Positions 18,889-29,184 of a stretch of DNA of 64,000 nt are shown here, piece by piece. The number at the start of each line of letters is the position of its first letter. The first letter of the stretch is position 1. The notes under the pieces are model-generated. The model was not told the DNA's origin. It made no database searches and worked only from the letters and a program-made list of their open reading frames with translations. Made by a program: the position numbers and the translations under genes. Origin of the DNA: Marispirochaeta sp. (lineage in GTDB: Bacteria; Spirochaetota; Spirochaetia; JC444; Marispirochaetaceae); NCBI GenBank assembly GCA_963676835.2, contig CAXXFF010000004.1, forward strand, positions 128,001-192,000, read 5' to 3'.

Positions 18889-20976
18889 CTACTCTTCTTT
18901 CTCTTTGCTCAGGGCTGTCTCTCCGCCCAGGGCGGTCTTCTCACCTTCCCCCAGGAGCTCTTTTTCAAAAATCAGGGAGTCCGTACTGATCCAGCCTTCT
19001 GCACCGTAGGCAGTCTGTACCAGACAGAATGTATCTGATTCCTGCCTGACTTTTACCGCCAGACCTTCGGGCAGCTCAACCCAGTCTCTGGCAGTACTGC
19101 GGGGAATGCGGTGACTGGTTACATCCGCCGCAATAACACCGAGTTTTTCCATGGAAACCAGCAGGCCGTGCAGAAGCAGACCACCGGAACAGATTGCCAG
19201 TGTTGCCATTAACAGACTCGCCAGAAGCAGATTAACCGGCCGTCTGAAAACCCGTAAAATGAGGGTCGCAAAAAACAGATTGTAAAAAACAAGCAGCAGA
19301 ACAAAGCTGATGTCGGGGTTAAAGAATTCGGGCAGCGGAAACTGGCGGATATACTCACCATTCCCCTGAATCTCCTCCATAAGGGCGGAAGTTTCGGGAT
19401 CGGAGATTCCTCTTCTGGCTGCTCCTAAAAGAGCAGTCATTGCGTAGCTGCGGTTTCCTGCTTCTTCATAACAGACTGCCAGATTGAAAAACAGGCGTCC
19501 GTTCTGCGGATTGTCCGACACAAGGTCCCGGTAGAGTTCCGCTGCTTCCGTAAACCGGTCTGCTACGGCTGCACTGTAGGCCATATCCGCCTGCTGCAGC
19601 AGATCCGTACCGGAGCCGGAACCGGTTAAAAAAAGCAGTAGCGGCAGAAGCAGCACCGGGGAGCCGTACATAAGCTTCTTTTTTCTTCTCCTCAGGAACA
19701 GAAGCAGAACCGGTCCGGGGACAAAGAGTGCATAAATCCACGGCAGGGTATAAAGCCTGTGGGGCTGGGTTTCAAGGAGTTCGTCCCGGGTGAAAAGCAA
19801 GCTTACGGGATTATATAAACCGGAGTCGGCAGCCGGGATTCCGCCGGGACTGATATCGATGGATAACCGGGATCCCGCAACAGCAACTTCCCGGTTATCG
19901 ACAGTATCCATACTGTAAAAGCCGGGAACCTCAATGGTATATGACCCTGTGCTGCCGGCTTCAAGGATGTAGGCTGTTTCCCGGAAGCCTTTATAGCCCC
20001 TCCGGGAAGGATTATATACATAATCCTCGCTGCTGCGTAAAAGGGTAAGTCCGCCGAAATCCGGTTCCGGCGGTGTAAGGTAGGCAAGATTCCCTTCCCC
20101 GCTTATTCTTACGGTAACGGTAATTTCATCCCCTTCCTCAGGATCATCAGGAAATACAGCGGTACTCATCTCAAACAAACCCACCGCACCGCTGGATGCG
20201 ACAGCTGATGGAAGAGGGAAAACATCGAGGGCAACAGCCGGTCCGGTGCCCCTCAGGTTTCCCGCAGTAACCGTCGCCTTATTAAGAAAAAACCTGCCAG
20301 GGCTGGTAGGAGTATAGAGATAACCCATCACAGGCACTGTATACAGGGTACTACCGCCGTATATTCGACTGCGGATCTCACCAAGTTCCGGGGCCTCTTC
20401 AAAAAACCCCCCGCTGGACGCGGAAACAGAGACACCTTCAGGAAGAATGATTTCCTCCTGATTTTCCACGACTATAACCACAGGAATTGTCTGCCCCTCA
20501 TAAACGGGCCCTTCCGGGTACTCCCAGTTTACTTCGAGAGGCAGAATCAGCTCACGGGACCTGTAAGTACCCACCCTGACAATAAAGGGTGCGGTTGTAT
20601 AACTGCTGCTGCCTACACTGTAGGGAATGCCGGGAAAAAGAATGCGTCCGGTCAGGGAAGAGCGCAGAATATAACTGACAGATGCGGCGGGATAGCTCGA
20701 TCCATCCTCCCGGGTTTCCACAACTCCCCGGATATAGGGACCGGCATAGAGCCGCACACCTTCGGGAAAATCCCAGTCTCCCGCATCTACAACAGAAGCC
20801 GAAGGGGTATCCACCACAAAGGAGATAGTGAACCTGTCATTCATCCCCACCGGATCAGGCAGAACTTCAACATTCAGCCCCTCTTCTGCACTGAGAAAAT
20901 GGAGTCCTGCACTGAGCAGGAGTATTACCAAGAAGGTTCCTGATCGTCGTCTTCCCCGTCTTTCTGGGATACCCAT
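18889..20976 (-). CDS. BatD-like protein fused to BatE-like TPR/SH3 region
   Basis: GAVGLF and ISGEGNL BatD motifs; TPR (LFFNLAVCY); C-terminal SH3 (LPEG...GAEGWI). Confidence 0.75.
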   Translation of the reverse strand: MGIPERRGRRRSGTFLVILLLSAGLHFLSAEEGLNVEVLPDPVGMNDRFTISFVVDTPSASVVDAGDWDFPEGVRLYAGPYIRGVVETREDGSSYPAASVSYILRSSLTGRILFPGIPYSVGSSSYTTAPFIVRVGTYRSRELILPLEVNWEYPEGPVYEGQTIPVVIVVENQEEIILPEGVSVSASSGGFFEEAPELGEIRSRIYGGSTLYTVPVMGYLYTPTSPGRFFLNKATVTAGNLRGTGPAVALDVFPLPSAVASSGAVGLFEMSTAVFPDDPEEGDEITVTVRISGEGNLAYLTPPEPDFGGLTLLRSSEDYVYNPSRRGYKGFRETAYILEAGSTGSYTIEVPGFYSMDTVDNREVAVAGSRLSIDISPGGIPAADSGLYNPVSLLFTRDELLETQPHRLYTLPWIYALFVPGPVLLLFLRRRKKKLMYGSPVLLLPLLLFLTGSGSGTDLLQQADMAYSAAVADRFTEAAELYRDLVSDNPQNGRLFFNLAVCYEEAGNRSYAMTALLGAARRGISDPETSALMEEIQGNGEYIRQFPLPEFFNPDISFVLLLVFYNLFFATLILRVFRRPVNLLLASLLMATLAICSGGLLLHGLLVSMEKLGVIAADVTSHRIPRSTARDWVELPEGLAVKVRQESDTFCLVQTAYGAEGWISTDSLIFEKELLGEGEKTALGGETALSKEKEE

Positions 20977-21515
20977 CTGGACTCCTCCTTCCGTTTTATG
21001 TAATTAAGAATGCGGTCCACATCTTCATCGGCGGATGCAGACCGGTCAACCGCCCGGCCTTCCGCAGGCTCTTCGACGGCCGCCTTCTGGCTGCCCAGCT
21101 TCTGCAGTGACAGTTCCAGATTTCGTTTGGCGGCAACACTGTCGGGATTGATTATCAGCGCCTGCCTGAAAAAGCTGTAAGCCTGTTCATACTGACTCAT
21201 TTCATAATAGAGGTTGCCATGGTTGAAGAGGGTCCGGAAACGCAGTTCAGCGTCGGTGCCCTGCAGAGCAAGGGACCACTCTTCGTCGGCTGCGACGGTT
21301 TCACCCAGGGCATAGAAAACATTGCCCAGATTGTAATGAACCACCTCCTGGTCCTCCGGCTCATCTTCGAGCAAGCCAAGGTATTCAACCGTGGCATTCT
21401 GATATCTGCCGTTAATGAAATCATAATTACCCTTGATAATTCTCCAATGGGCACCCTGAGGAGAACATCCGGCGAGTCCGGCCATAAGCAGAAGGATCAG
21501 TAAACTCTTTTCCAT
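20925..21515 (-). CDS. BatC-like TPR protein
   Basis: YNLGNVFY, FNHGNLYY, AKRNLEL. Confidence 0.8.
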   Translation of the reverse strand: MEKSLLILLLMAGLAGCSPQGAHWRIIKGNYDFINGRYQNATVEYLGLLEDEPEDQEVVHYNLGNVFYALGETVAADEEWSLALQGTDAELRFRTLFNHGNLYYEMSQYEQAYSFFRQALIINPDSVAAKRNLELSLQKLGSQKAAVEEPAEGRAVDRSASADEDVDRILNYIKRKEESRWVSQKDGEDDDQEPSW

Positions 21516-22471
21516 CGAACCGTCCGTACGAGAAAATATACCAGCAGTGCCGCGAAGGCTATGAGCAGATAAACCCGGTAGGCGGGTTCTCTGGGGTGAC
21601 TGTATCGTACATTACCACCCTCAATGAGGTCTTCAATTTTGCGCATCAGCCCGGGATCGTTAAGAGAAAGAAACTCGCCGCCCGTTTCGGATGCAAGATA
21701 GTCCATCTCTTCCGGCATCAGCCGGGTTATTACCGCATTCCCCTGGCTGTCCTTGAGAAAGCCTCCACCTGCGGCAGGAACTCCTGCCCCTTCGGGAGTA
21801 CCCGCACCGAGGGTTATGAGGAGGATATCCTGCTCCTGCAGAGCAGTCAGAACCGTTGCAATGGAGGGGCCGAAGTTTTCTCCATCCGAAAAGAGCAGCA
21901 GCAGTTTGTCACTCTCAACGCCTGAGGGAAAAGCCTCCACCGCAGTTTTCAGCCCAGCTGCCAGATCAGATCCGCGGCTCGATATTGACCCCGGACCAAG
22001 GTTCTGCAGTACCGTCTCGAATAGAGCAAGATCTTCTGTGGCCGGAATCATTCTTGACCCGATGTTGGTAAACACAACCAGTCCGAACCGTGCCGTGCCG
22101 CCCCGGACGGCAAGAATATTACGCATTACCTCAAGGGAACGTTCAAGCCGGGTGGGAGAAGAGTCCGCTGCAAGCATACTGCGGGATAAATCGAGGGCAA
22201 ATATAATATCCCGGGACTCAACCGTACGAATCTCGGGTTTGCCCGGTTTTTCCGGTTCTGCGGCGGCAAAAACAAGAAAGACCGTAAAAACGGTTACTGC
22301 CATGGCGGTGAAAAACCATTTCACCGTAAATACATCCAGAAAATCAGATGCCCGCCATTTGCCGAGTATCCTGGAAAGATCATGCCGGCTGCGGCGGAAA
22401 TCTGCCAGCAGAAGCAGGCCGAGAGGAATTAGAAGGAGAAAAGCGAAGAAATATTCAGGCTTCTGAAACAT
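21497..22471 (-). CDS. BatB-like VWA protein
   Basis: DLSRSM MIDAS, PTRLE, FSDGE. Confidence 0.85.
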   Translation of the reverse strand: MFQKPEYFFAFLLLIPLGLLLLADFRRSRHDLSRILGKWRASDFLDVFTVKWFFTAMAVTVFTVFLVFAAAEPEKPGKPEIRTVESRDIIFALDLSRSMLAADSSPTRLERSLEVMRNILAVRGGTARFGLVVFTNIGSRMIPATEDLALFETVLQNLGPGSISSRGSDLAAGLKTAVEAFPSGVESDKLLLLFSDGENFGPSIATVLTALQEQDILLITLGAGTPEGAGVPAAGGGFLKDSQGNAVITRLMPEEMDYLASETGGEFLSLNDPGLMRKIEDLIEGGNVRYSHPREPAYRVYLLIAFAALLVYFLVRTVRWKRVY

Positions 22472-22473
22472 CG

Positions 22474-23475
22474 TCAGCAGATCTCCTTTAAAATAAATTT
22501 TCGTAAAGTGAAGTGCAGGAGTACACAGATGCCTGCAGCAAGAAGAAATCCGTGATATACCGGAACCGTATCGGTTTTAACCTTGATACGCTTCTCCGTT
22601 ACCGCCAGTGAATCAATGGAACGGAAGACTGTCTCCAGGGCTCCCGGAGTTGCCGCGGAATAAAAGCGCCCTCCGGTTATATCGGCAATTTTTTTGAGAA
22701 GCTCCTCGTCGTAGGTACCGGAGAATACTCCGCGGAAGATTTTTCCTGTTTCGGGATCCTGGTATTCCCCGGGAATATTCCCGTCACTGCCGATACCGAT
22801 GGCATAGATGCTGATCCCCAGGGATGCTGCTATTTCCGCGGCACTGGAAGGAGTTATTTCTCCCGCATTGTTTTCTCCATCCGTAAGCAGAACAATTATC
22901 TTCTGCTCTGCACTGCTTTCTTTCAGGTGAAGAGCTGCAACGGCGAGCCCCATGCCTATGGACGTCCCCTTTCCGAGGCTCATAAGCTCAAGGTCATCCA
23001 GAGAGCTTATGTAGGCCCCGTAATCCAGCGTAGGCGGTACTTTGAGCGCAGCCTCATCAGAGAATACCACCAGTCCAACAGGATCATTTTCCCGGGAACG
23101 TATAAAAGAACGGATTACATTCCGGGCTGTATTGAAGCGGTTTTCCGGGTAGAAATCCTGGGCAGCCATACTGGGCGACTCATCCAGCACAAAGACAATA
23201 TCGATACCCCGGGTCAGGTAGACCCTCTCCTTGAGGATTCTGCCGGGCCCGGCCAATGCAAGGATCAGGCAGACAGCACCAAGCCAGAAAAAGAGCTCCG
23301 AAAGAAAACCGCCCAGCTTCAGAGAGAAAGGTACTTCGTCAAAGTAGTCTCCCCGCCAGACAGACAGGGTATAGGGCAAAGCCCCGCCGCGGTTCTTCCA
23401 GAAATAGGCAGCCCAGAGAGCCGGGGGGAAAAGAGCAAACAGGAGGAGGTACCCGGGGCTGTCAAATATCCACAT
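22474..23475 (-). CDS. BatA-like VWA protein
   Basis: GIDIVFVLDESPSM, GTSIGMGL, LLTDGENNAG. Confidence 0.88.
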   Translation of the reverse strand: MWIFDSPGYLLLFALFPPALWAAYFWKNRGGALPYTLSVWRGDYFDEVPFSLKLGGFLSELFFWLGAVCLILALAGPGRILKERVYLTRGIDIVFVLDESPSMAAQDFYPENRFNTARNVIRSFIRSRENDPVGLVVFSDEAALKVPPTLDYGAYISSLDDLELMSLGKGTSIGMGLAVAALHLKESSAEQKIIVLLTDGENNAGEITPSSAAEIAASLGISIYAIGIGSDGNIPGEYQDPETGKIFRGVFSGTYDEELLKKIADITGGRFYSAATPGALETVFRSIDSLAVTEKRIKVKTDTVPVYHGFLLAAGICVLLHFTLRKFILKEIC

Positions 23476-24400
23476 CGGAAGCCTCCTCTTTTTCGCGTCC
23501 TTCGCCGGCGCGGAACTGTACTTCCATATCTGCAGAAAGTTCACGCAGACGCAGAAGGTCATCCCCTTTCTGGGCAGCTCCGGCCTCCCTACCTGCAAAT
23601 TTTATGGTATCCGCATACTCCAGAAAATGGATAAGCCGCATGGCCGAATCCTGTTGGGGAAAAATATCCAGCATGACCATACGTATTTCATGAATGGTTG
23701 TGGTTATGCAGTCAATGCCGGTACGCCTGCTTATATAGCTGCGGACCGCATCGGAAAGGGCATAGTAAAAATCCCGGTCGGGCATAATCAAGGTCTGGGA
23801 GGACAACTCTTTAAGATCACGCCGGAGCCTCCAGTAGGGACGCCTGCGGCTCAGGGTGAGAAACAGGGAATGGGTCCTGCGCCGCACAAAACCTGCAGAG
23901 GAGATGACAATTACCGGCCCGGCAAATACAAAAAAAGCAGTAATAAAAATCAGAAACAGGGTACCCGGCAGATAGAGCTGCCCCTGAAGTTCGGCAATCT
24001 CGCCGCTGTCATTCTCATCAAGGATAGAACTGGTATGTATCTTCATGCCTTTGAGGGTATAGCCCCGGAAGTTAACATCCGGCAGGGTTCGTGTTCCCGG
24101 CGCAAAGGAGGAGAAAAAGAGCCGAAGCTCAAGGGAATCTCCAACCTGCGCCACTGCGGCATCCCGGAAAACCATCCAGTCCGCCCTTGGCAGTGCGGCG
24201 GGAGAAAGAATGCTCTCACCGTCGGGATCGAGAACAACCCGCATCTCCACCGTGTCTCCCACAAAGTACTCCGGAGGGAGAAAGTGAACAGACATAACCC
24301 GGGGCTCTGCCTGAAGAGTCACTGCCGACAGGAGCAGCAGAGAAAGTGCCAGCAATACTTTAACCGCACCTCTCACCGCTTTTATTTCTGCAAGCCTCAC
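23462..24400 (-). CDS. Bat-operon membrane protein (hypothetical)
   Basis: Signal peptide, one TM, FY..LS..VRSYI...ADTIKFA; position between DUF58 and batA. Confidence 0.75.
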   Translation of the reverse strand: MRLAEIKAVRGAVKVLLALSLLLLSAVTLQAEPRVMSVHFLPPEYFVGDTVEMRVVLDPDGESILSPAALPRADWMVFRDAAVAQVGDSLELRLFFSSFAPGTRTLPDVNFRGYTLKGMKIHTSSILDENDSGEIAELQGQLYLPGTLFLIFITAFFVFAGPVIVISSAGFVRRRTHSLFLTLSRRRPYWRLRRDLKELSSQTLIMPDRDFYYALSDAVRSYISRRTGIDCITTTIHEIRMVMLDIFPQQDSAMRLIHFLEYADTIKFAGREAGAAQKGDDLLRLRELSADMEVQFRAGEGREKEEASDVDI

Positions 24401-25272
24401 CGGTTCCGCCTCCTGTTCTTGAAGAAGGCAAGAACCTTTGCCACAGGATCATCCTGGGTATCCACAGAAAGAACCTCGATGTTGCGCTTTCTGCACTCCC
24501 TGCGGAAGAGAATCTCCTGGGTATCCCAGAAATCCGCATAGGCCTCCCGGAATGCCTTGTTGCCACCGGCGGCCCGTATGGTGTTTCCCCGCTCCGGATC
24601 CCGGAGAAGCACGCTTCCTTTGATGGGAATCTCCGTATCGCCCCTGTCGGTTACCCGGACAGCGATAACATCGTGTTTTCTGGAAAGCAGGGTCAGCTCG
24701 GTCCAGCCCGAGGCTGTACGGAAGTCTGAGAACACAACACAGATACCCCGGGAATGGAGACTTTCGTAGACAGTTTTCAGGGCTACACCAAGTTCACTGC
24801 CGAAGCCTTTGGCCCGGAGGGATTCCATATCCTGAATAAGACTGGCCACATGCTTGCGGCCCTTGGAAGGGGGCACCCATTTTTCAATCCGGTCGGAAAA
24901 AAAGACTCCCCCTACCCTGTCGTTATTATGAACCGCTGCAAAGGCGAAAATGGCCCCGAGAATCATGGCCATATCCCGTTTGCTCATTTCGCCGGTGCCC
25001 TGATCCAGGGAAGCGGAAATATCAAAAACCAGATTAAGTATCAGTTCCCGTTCTTCCCGAAAGGTCTTGGCGTAGGCGCTTCCCATGCGGGAGGAGACAT
25101 TCCAGTCTATGGTACGGATATCATCACCGTCGGTATATTCCCGCACCTCATCGAACTCAAGGCCGGGACCGCGGAAAACGGAGCGGTAGTTTCCCGCAAA
25201 CAGCCCTTCAAGGAGCCTGGCACTTACAAGAGGTAAATTTCGTATTCGCTGAAAGAGATTCTCTTTTTCCAT
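24397..25272 (-). CDS. DUF58 family protein
   Basis: GLEFDEVREY..GDDIRTIDWNV. Confidence 0.92.
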   Translation of the reverse strand: MEKENLFQRIRNLPLVSARLLEGLFAGNYRSVFRGPGLEFDEVREYTDGDDIRTIDWNVSSRMGSAYAKTFREERELILNLVFDISASLDQGTGEMSKRDMAMILGAIFAFAAVHNNDRVGGVFFSDRIEKWVPPSKGRKHVASLIQDMESLRAKGFGSELGVALKTVYESLHSRGICVVFSDFRTASGWTELTLLSRKHDVIAVRVTDRGDTEIPIKGSVLLRDPERGNTIRAAGGNKAFREAYADFWDTQEILFRRECRKRNIEVLSVDTQDDPVAKVLAFFKNRRRNR

Positions 25273-25288
25273 ATCCTCTGCCGCGGAA

Positions 25289-26275
25289 TCAGGGAACAGG
25301 TACGGCTTTGAGGATCATGGTTATAATGTCTTCCGGTGACAGCTCTTCCGATTCCGCCTCGTAGGAGAGTATGATCCTGTGCCGGAGCACATCGTATACT
25401 GTCTCCTTAACGTCTTCGGGAAGGACATAGTTTCTGCCGGCAAAGAGTGCCCGGACCTTGGCAGCCCGGTAGAGAAAAATGGTTGCCCGGGTGGATGCTC
25501 CGAACTCAATGTAGCGGGTAAAAGAGAGGCGGGATGAATCCTTCTCCCGGGAAGCGGTAATTATTGAGACAATATACTCTTCAATCCGCTCATCAACCTT
25601 TATCATCTCCGCTGTTTCCCGGATATTGTTGAGAATCCCCGGGGTAAGCACCTTCTGTACAAAAACCTTTTTCTCAACCCCCATGCGGCGCAGAATGGTC
25701 AGCTCATCCTGGGGATCGGGATAATCGATCTTGAGCTTCATCATAAAACGGTCGAGCTGGGCTTCCGGCAGAGGATAGGTTCCTTCACTTTCTATGGGGT
25801 TCTGGGTGGCCAGAACAAAAAAGGGCTTGGGCAGATAGTGGGTCTGATCTCCCAGGGTAACATGCCGCTCTTCCATTGCTTCCAGCAGGGCGGACTGAAC
25901 CTTTGCGGGGGCACGGTTGATCTCATCGGCAAGAATAATATTGGCAAAAACCGGCCCTTTCCGGGCGACAAACTCGCCGGTCTGCTGACGGTAGATCATG
26001 GTACCGATAAGGTCTGCCGGAAGAAGATCCGGGGTAAACTGCAGGCGGCTGAAACTCGCGTCCAGCACCTCCGCAAGGGTTTTAACTGCAAGGGTTTTGG
26101 CAAGACCCGGAACACCTTCAAGGAGCACATGCCCGCCGGCAATAAGCCCCATAAGCATACCGTCAACCATGGCCTCCTGGCCGATAAGACGTTTGGCGAT
26201 CTCACGCCGGCACCGGTTAAGCTCACTGCTGGCCCGGTCTACATTTGCATCAATCTGTTTAGCAACACTGCTCAT
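25289..26275 (-). CDS. moxR: MoxR-family AAA+ ATPase
   Basis: EGVPGLAKT, QFTPDLLPAD, DEINRAPAKVQSALLE, LPEAQLDRF. Confidence 0.95.
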   Translation of the reverse strand: MSSVAKQIDANVDRASSELNRCRREIAKRLIGQEAMVDGMLMGLIAGGHVLLEGVPGLAKTLAVKTLAEVLDASFSRLQFTPDLLPADLIGTMIYRQQTGEFVARKGPVFANIILADEINRAPAKVQSALLEAMEERHVTLGDQTHYLPKPFFVLATQNPIESEGTYPLPEAQLDRFMMKLKIDYPDPQDELTILRRMGVEKKVFVQKVLTPGILNNIRETAEMIKVDERIEEYIVSIITASREKDSSRLSFTRYIEFGASTRATIFLYRAAKVRALFAGRNYVLPEDVKETVYDVLRHRIILSYEAESEELSPEDIITMILKAVPVP

Positions 26276-26304
26276 GTATATATCCTTAACTCACTTTTCA
26301 CTTT

Positions 26305-27585
26305 TTAACTGCGGTATTCGGCATTTTCACGAACGTATTCGTAGGAAAGATCACTCCCCCAGACAAGGGCTGATCCGCTGCCCTTGTTGAGATTTATCTC
26401 GATGGACACCGTTTCATAATGCTCGGGGTAGCCTTTCAGTTCCGGGGAGAAACTTTTTGCCAGAAGCAGATCACTTATGGCCGTCTCCTTTTCCGGACTG
26501 AGGTTAAACTCCCCTGCGGCAAAAACATCATAACCGCCGAAGCGTATATGAAGACTGGCCGGATCAAGAACAATTCCGTGGTTCCCCGCATAATCCCCCA
26601 ACGCAGCCACCAGGCGCCCCAGATTGGGGTCGTTGCCGTAGATTGCAGTCTTTACCAGAGGAGAATTGACTATTGCCTTGGCAATTCCCCGGGCTGCATC
26701 CCTGGAAGGAGCACCGGAAACAGAAAGCTCTATTACGTGGGAAGTTCCCTCGCCGTTACGTACAATATCTCCCGCAAGCAGACGGCAGAGCTCCTTCAGA
26801 GCGGCAGCAAAGGCATCCGCATCGGGTCTGCCCGATTTTCGGGAAGAGAGAATAATTGCCATATCACTGGTGCTCTGATCGCTGTCCACGGAAATGGCAT
26901 TAAAGGAATCTTCCACCGCAATTTTAAGAGCACTCTTCAGTTCCGTCCGGTCGAGATCGGCATCGGTCAATATAAAAGCCAGCATGGTAGCCATGTTGGG
27001 CTCGATCATCCCCGCACCTTTGGCTATTCCGACAATCCGAACCCCGTCAACTTCGACGGACCGTACCTTGGCAAAACGGTCGGTGGTCATTATTGACTTT
27101 GCCGCAGGCAGAACCGTTTCGGACTGAAGGTTTTTCACCAGCGGTTCAAGACTGGCAGATATTTCTGTTTCGGGTATACGCCAGCCGATTACCCCGGTTG
27201 ACGCATAGAGATACTCACTGCCCCTGCCTCCGGCATGCTCTGCCAGAACATCGGTTACCCGCTTTGCCGATTCAAGTCCGCCGGGAGCGCAGACATTGGC
27301 TACCTTGTTGTTTACCAGAACACCCCTAAGCAGATGTCCGCCTATCCGTTCTCTGCAGAGCAGAACCGGAGCTCCGGGAAAGGCGTTCCGGGTAAACACC
27401 CCCGCAAAGGAGTCTGTACCGCCGGTAACCTCGATAAGTGTGGTATTCATGGGAAAAAGTTTATCTCCCGGAAGCTCGGCAGGATGAAACTCAAGCCGTC
27501 CGGTACTGACCCGGAATCCTTCGGGAAGCAGACTCTGCGCTGCCAGATCTTTTTCATATTCTGCTGTACTTTCGTAAACCGCCAT
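26305..27585 (-). CDS. argJ: Ornithine acetyltransferase ArgJ
   Basis: STGVIG, IMTTD, KGAGMIEPNMATML, DQSTSD, SPLVKTA, DLSYEYVRENAEY. Confidence 0.95.
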   Translation of the reverse strand: MAVYESTAEYEKDLAAQSLLPEGFRVSTGRLEFHPAELPGDKLFPMNTTLIEVTGGTDSFAGVFTRNAFPGAPVLLCRERIGGHLLRGVLVNNKVANVCAPGGLESAKRVTDVLAEHAGGRGSEYLYASTGVIGWRIPETEISASLEPLVKNLQSETVLPAAKSIMTTDRFAKVRSVEVDGVRIVGIAKGAGMIEPNMATMLAFILTDADLDRTELKSALKIAVEDSFNAISVDSDQSTSDMAIILSSRKSGRPDADAFAAALKELCRLLAGDIVRNGEGTSHVIELSVSGAPSRDAARGIAKAIVNSPLVKTAIYGNDPNLGRLVAALGDYAGNHGIVLDPASLHIRFGGYDVFAAGEFNLSPEKETAISDLLLAKSFSPELKGYPEHYETVSIEINLNKGSGSALVWGSDLSYEYVRENAEYRS

Positions 27586-27685
27586 CAGACTTTTATAGTA
27601 CGGCAGGGAACAGGTTTGCAAGGGTATGATTTCCCAAAGGCTTGAGAAAAAGTACATTAAAGAGCAATATAAATGGTAAGGAGTA

Positions 27686-28264
27686 ATGTGTATGATTTTT
27701 TCCGAGCTTGTCAGAAACACCCGCAGCTTCCGCCGCTTTAATGAAAATGATCCTGTTCCGTCAGAGATGGTCAAAGAGCTTATTGACCTGGCCAGGATCT
27801 GCCCCAGCGCAGCCAACAGGCAGCCTCTGAGATACAGAATACTCAACAGTCCGGAAGACCGGCAGAAACTCTTCCCCTCACTGCATTGGGCAGCATACCT
27901 CAAGGAATGGCCCGGGCCGGCGGAAGGAGAACGGCCTTCCGCCTACATTCTGGTAATGCTTGATACAAAAATTACCAAAGAAGCGGGCATCGACATCGGT
28001 ATAGCCGCCCAGACTATCCTCGCCGGTGCGGTTGAGCAGGGCTACGGCGGTTGTATGTTCGGGGCAATCAAAAGGGACGCAATCCGGCAGGATTTCTCCA
28101 TTCCGGATCATCTGGAAATCCCCCTGGTAATAGCTCTGGGAAAACCGGCGGAGAAGATTCTCCTGGAAGAGACCGGAGACGATGGTTCCATCAAGTACTA
28201 TAGAGACTCCTCCGATGTCCACCATGTCCCGAAAAGGCCGCTGTCTGAGGTTCTTTTGGATTGA
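27686..28264 (+). CDS. Nitroreductase family protein
   Basis: TRSFRRF, PSAANRQP, GYGGCM, HHVPKR. Confidence 0.9.
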   Translation: MCMIFSELVRNTRSFRRFNENDPVPSEMVKELIDLARICPSAANRQPLRYRILNSPEDRQKLFPSLHWAAYLKEWPGPAEGERPSAYILVMLDTKITKEAGIDIGIAAQTILAGAVEQGYGGCMFGAIKRDAIRQDFSIPDHLEIPLVIALGKPAEKILLEETGDDGSIKYYRDSSDVHHVPKRPLSEVLLD

Positions 28265-29106
28265 TGGAAGATCTTATTCCCCTGACCAACTACCATACCC
28301 ATAATGAACTCTGTGACGGCAGGGGGGATGCATCGGAGTATGTTGCAGCGGCGCAGCAGAAAGGCTTTAAAGCCCTTGGTTTTACCAGCCATGCTCCCCT
28401 CCCCTTTGCAAACGAGTGGACCCTGAAAGAAGAAAACCTCCTGCCCTACATTAAAAAAATACGCTCACTTTCTGAACCGGAGGGTCTGGAAATATATCTG
28501 GGGCTGGAGATAGACTTTATCCCCGGCAAAATGGGCCCCGCCGAAGAACGGTGGAAAACCCTTGGCCTGGACTACACCATCGGATCAGTCCATTCATTGA
28601 GACCCGGGGAAACTGATCTTTCCATTGACGGCCCGGACAATGAGTTTCTGGCCCTGCTCAACGGTGAATTCAACGGCGACGGAACAGCAATGGCTGTCGC
28701 CTACTTTGAATATCTTGAAGAGATGATTAAGGCCGGAGGATTTACCATTCTCGGCCATATGGATCTGGTAAAGAAAAAAAATCTGCGTTTCTCTTTCCTC
28801 GACGAGAAGCATCCCCTCTACCGGGGGGCAGCCTTAAAGGTTCTGGACAGGCTCGCCTGTACCGGGATAATTCTGGAGATTAACACCGGAGGGATGTACC
28901 GCAAAGCCACCAACGAGGTCTATCCTTCACCGGAAATCCTCAAGGAAGCCTTTAGCAGGGATATACCCCTGATGATAAATTCCGATGCCCACACTCCGGA
29001 AGCTCTGGACTTTCATATTCCCGAATCCCGGCAGCTGGCAAGAGAGGCGGGGTACCGGAAGATAATGATGCTGCTGGACAGAAAATGGCAGTCCGTTACA
29101 CTTTAG
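28261..29106 (+). CDS. PHP-family histidinol-phosphatase (HisJ/HisK type)
   Basis: NYHTH, TSHAP, GLEID, GSVH, GHMD, EINTG, SDAH. Confidence 0.88.
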   Translation: MMEDLIPLTNYHTHNELCDGRGDASEYVAAAQQKGFKALGFTSHAPLPFANEWTLKEENLLPYIKKIRSLSEPEGLEIYLGLEIDFIPGKMGPAEERWKTLGLDYTIGSVHSLRPGETDLSIDGPDNEFLALLNGEFNGDGTAMAVAYFEYLEEMIKAGGFTILGHMDLVKKKNLRFSFLDEKHPLYRGAALKVLDRLACTGIILEINTGGMYRKATNEVYPSPEILKEAFSRDIPLMINSDAHTPEALDFHIPESRQLAREAGYRKIMMLLDRKWQSVTL

Positions 29107-29184
29107 ATCTCCGGAGAGATTTGCATACCTGTAATGGAATTGCTTATCTTTTATTCAGGCGAATATACGTAAAGGAGGCAGCTT

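Noticed and set aside
22927..24541. Long plus-strand ORFs (235 and 304 aa)
   Set aside because: Antisense to well-supported Bat-operon genes; no motifs
27586..27903. N-terminal extension of ArgJ in the ORF track (532 aa)
   Set aside because: Overlaps the divergent nitroreductase; ArgJ-like sequence begins near ATG 27585
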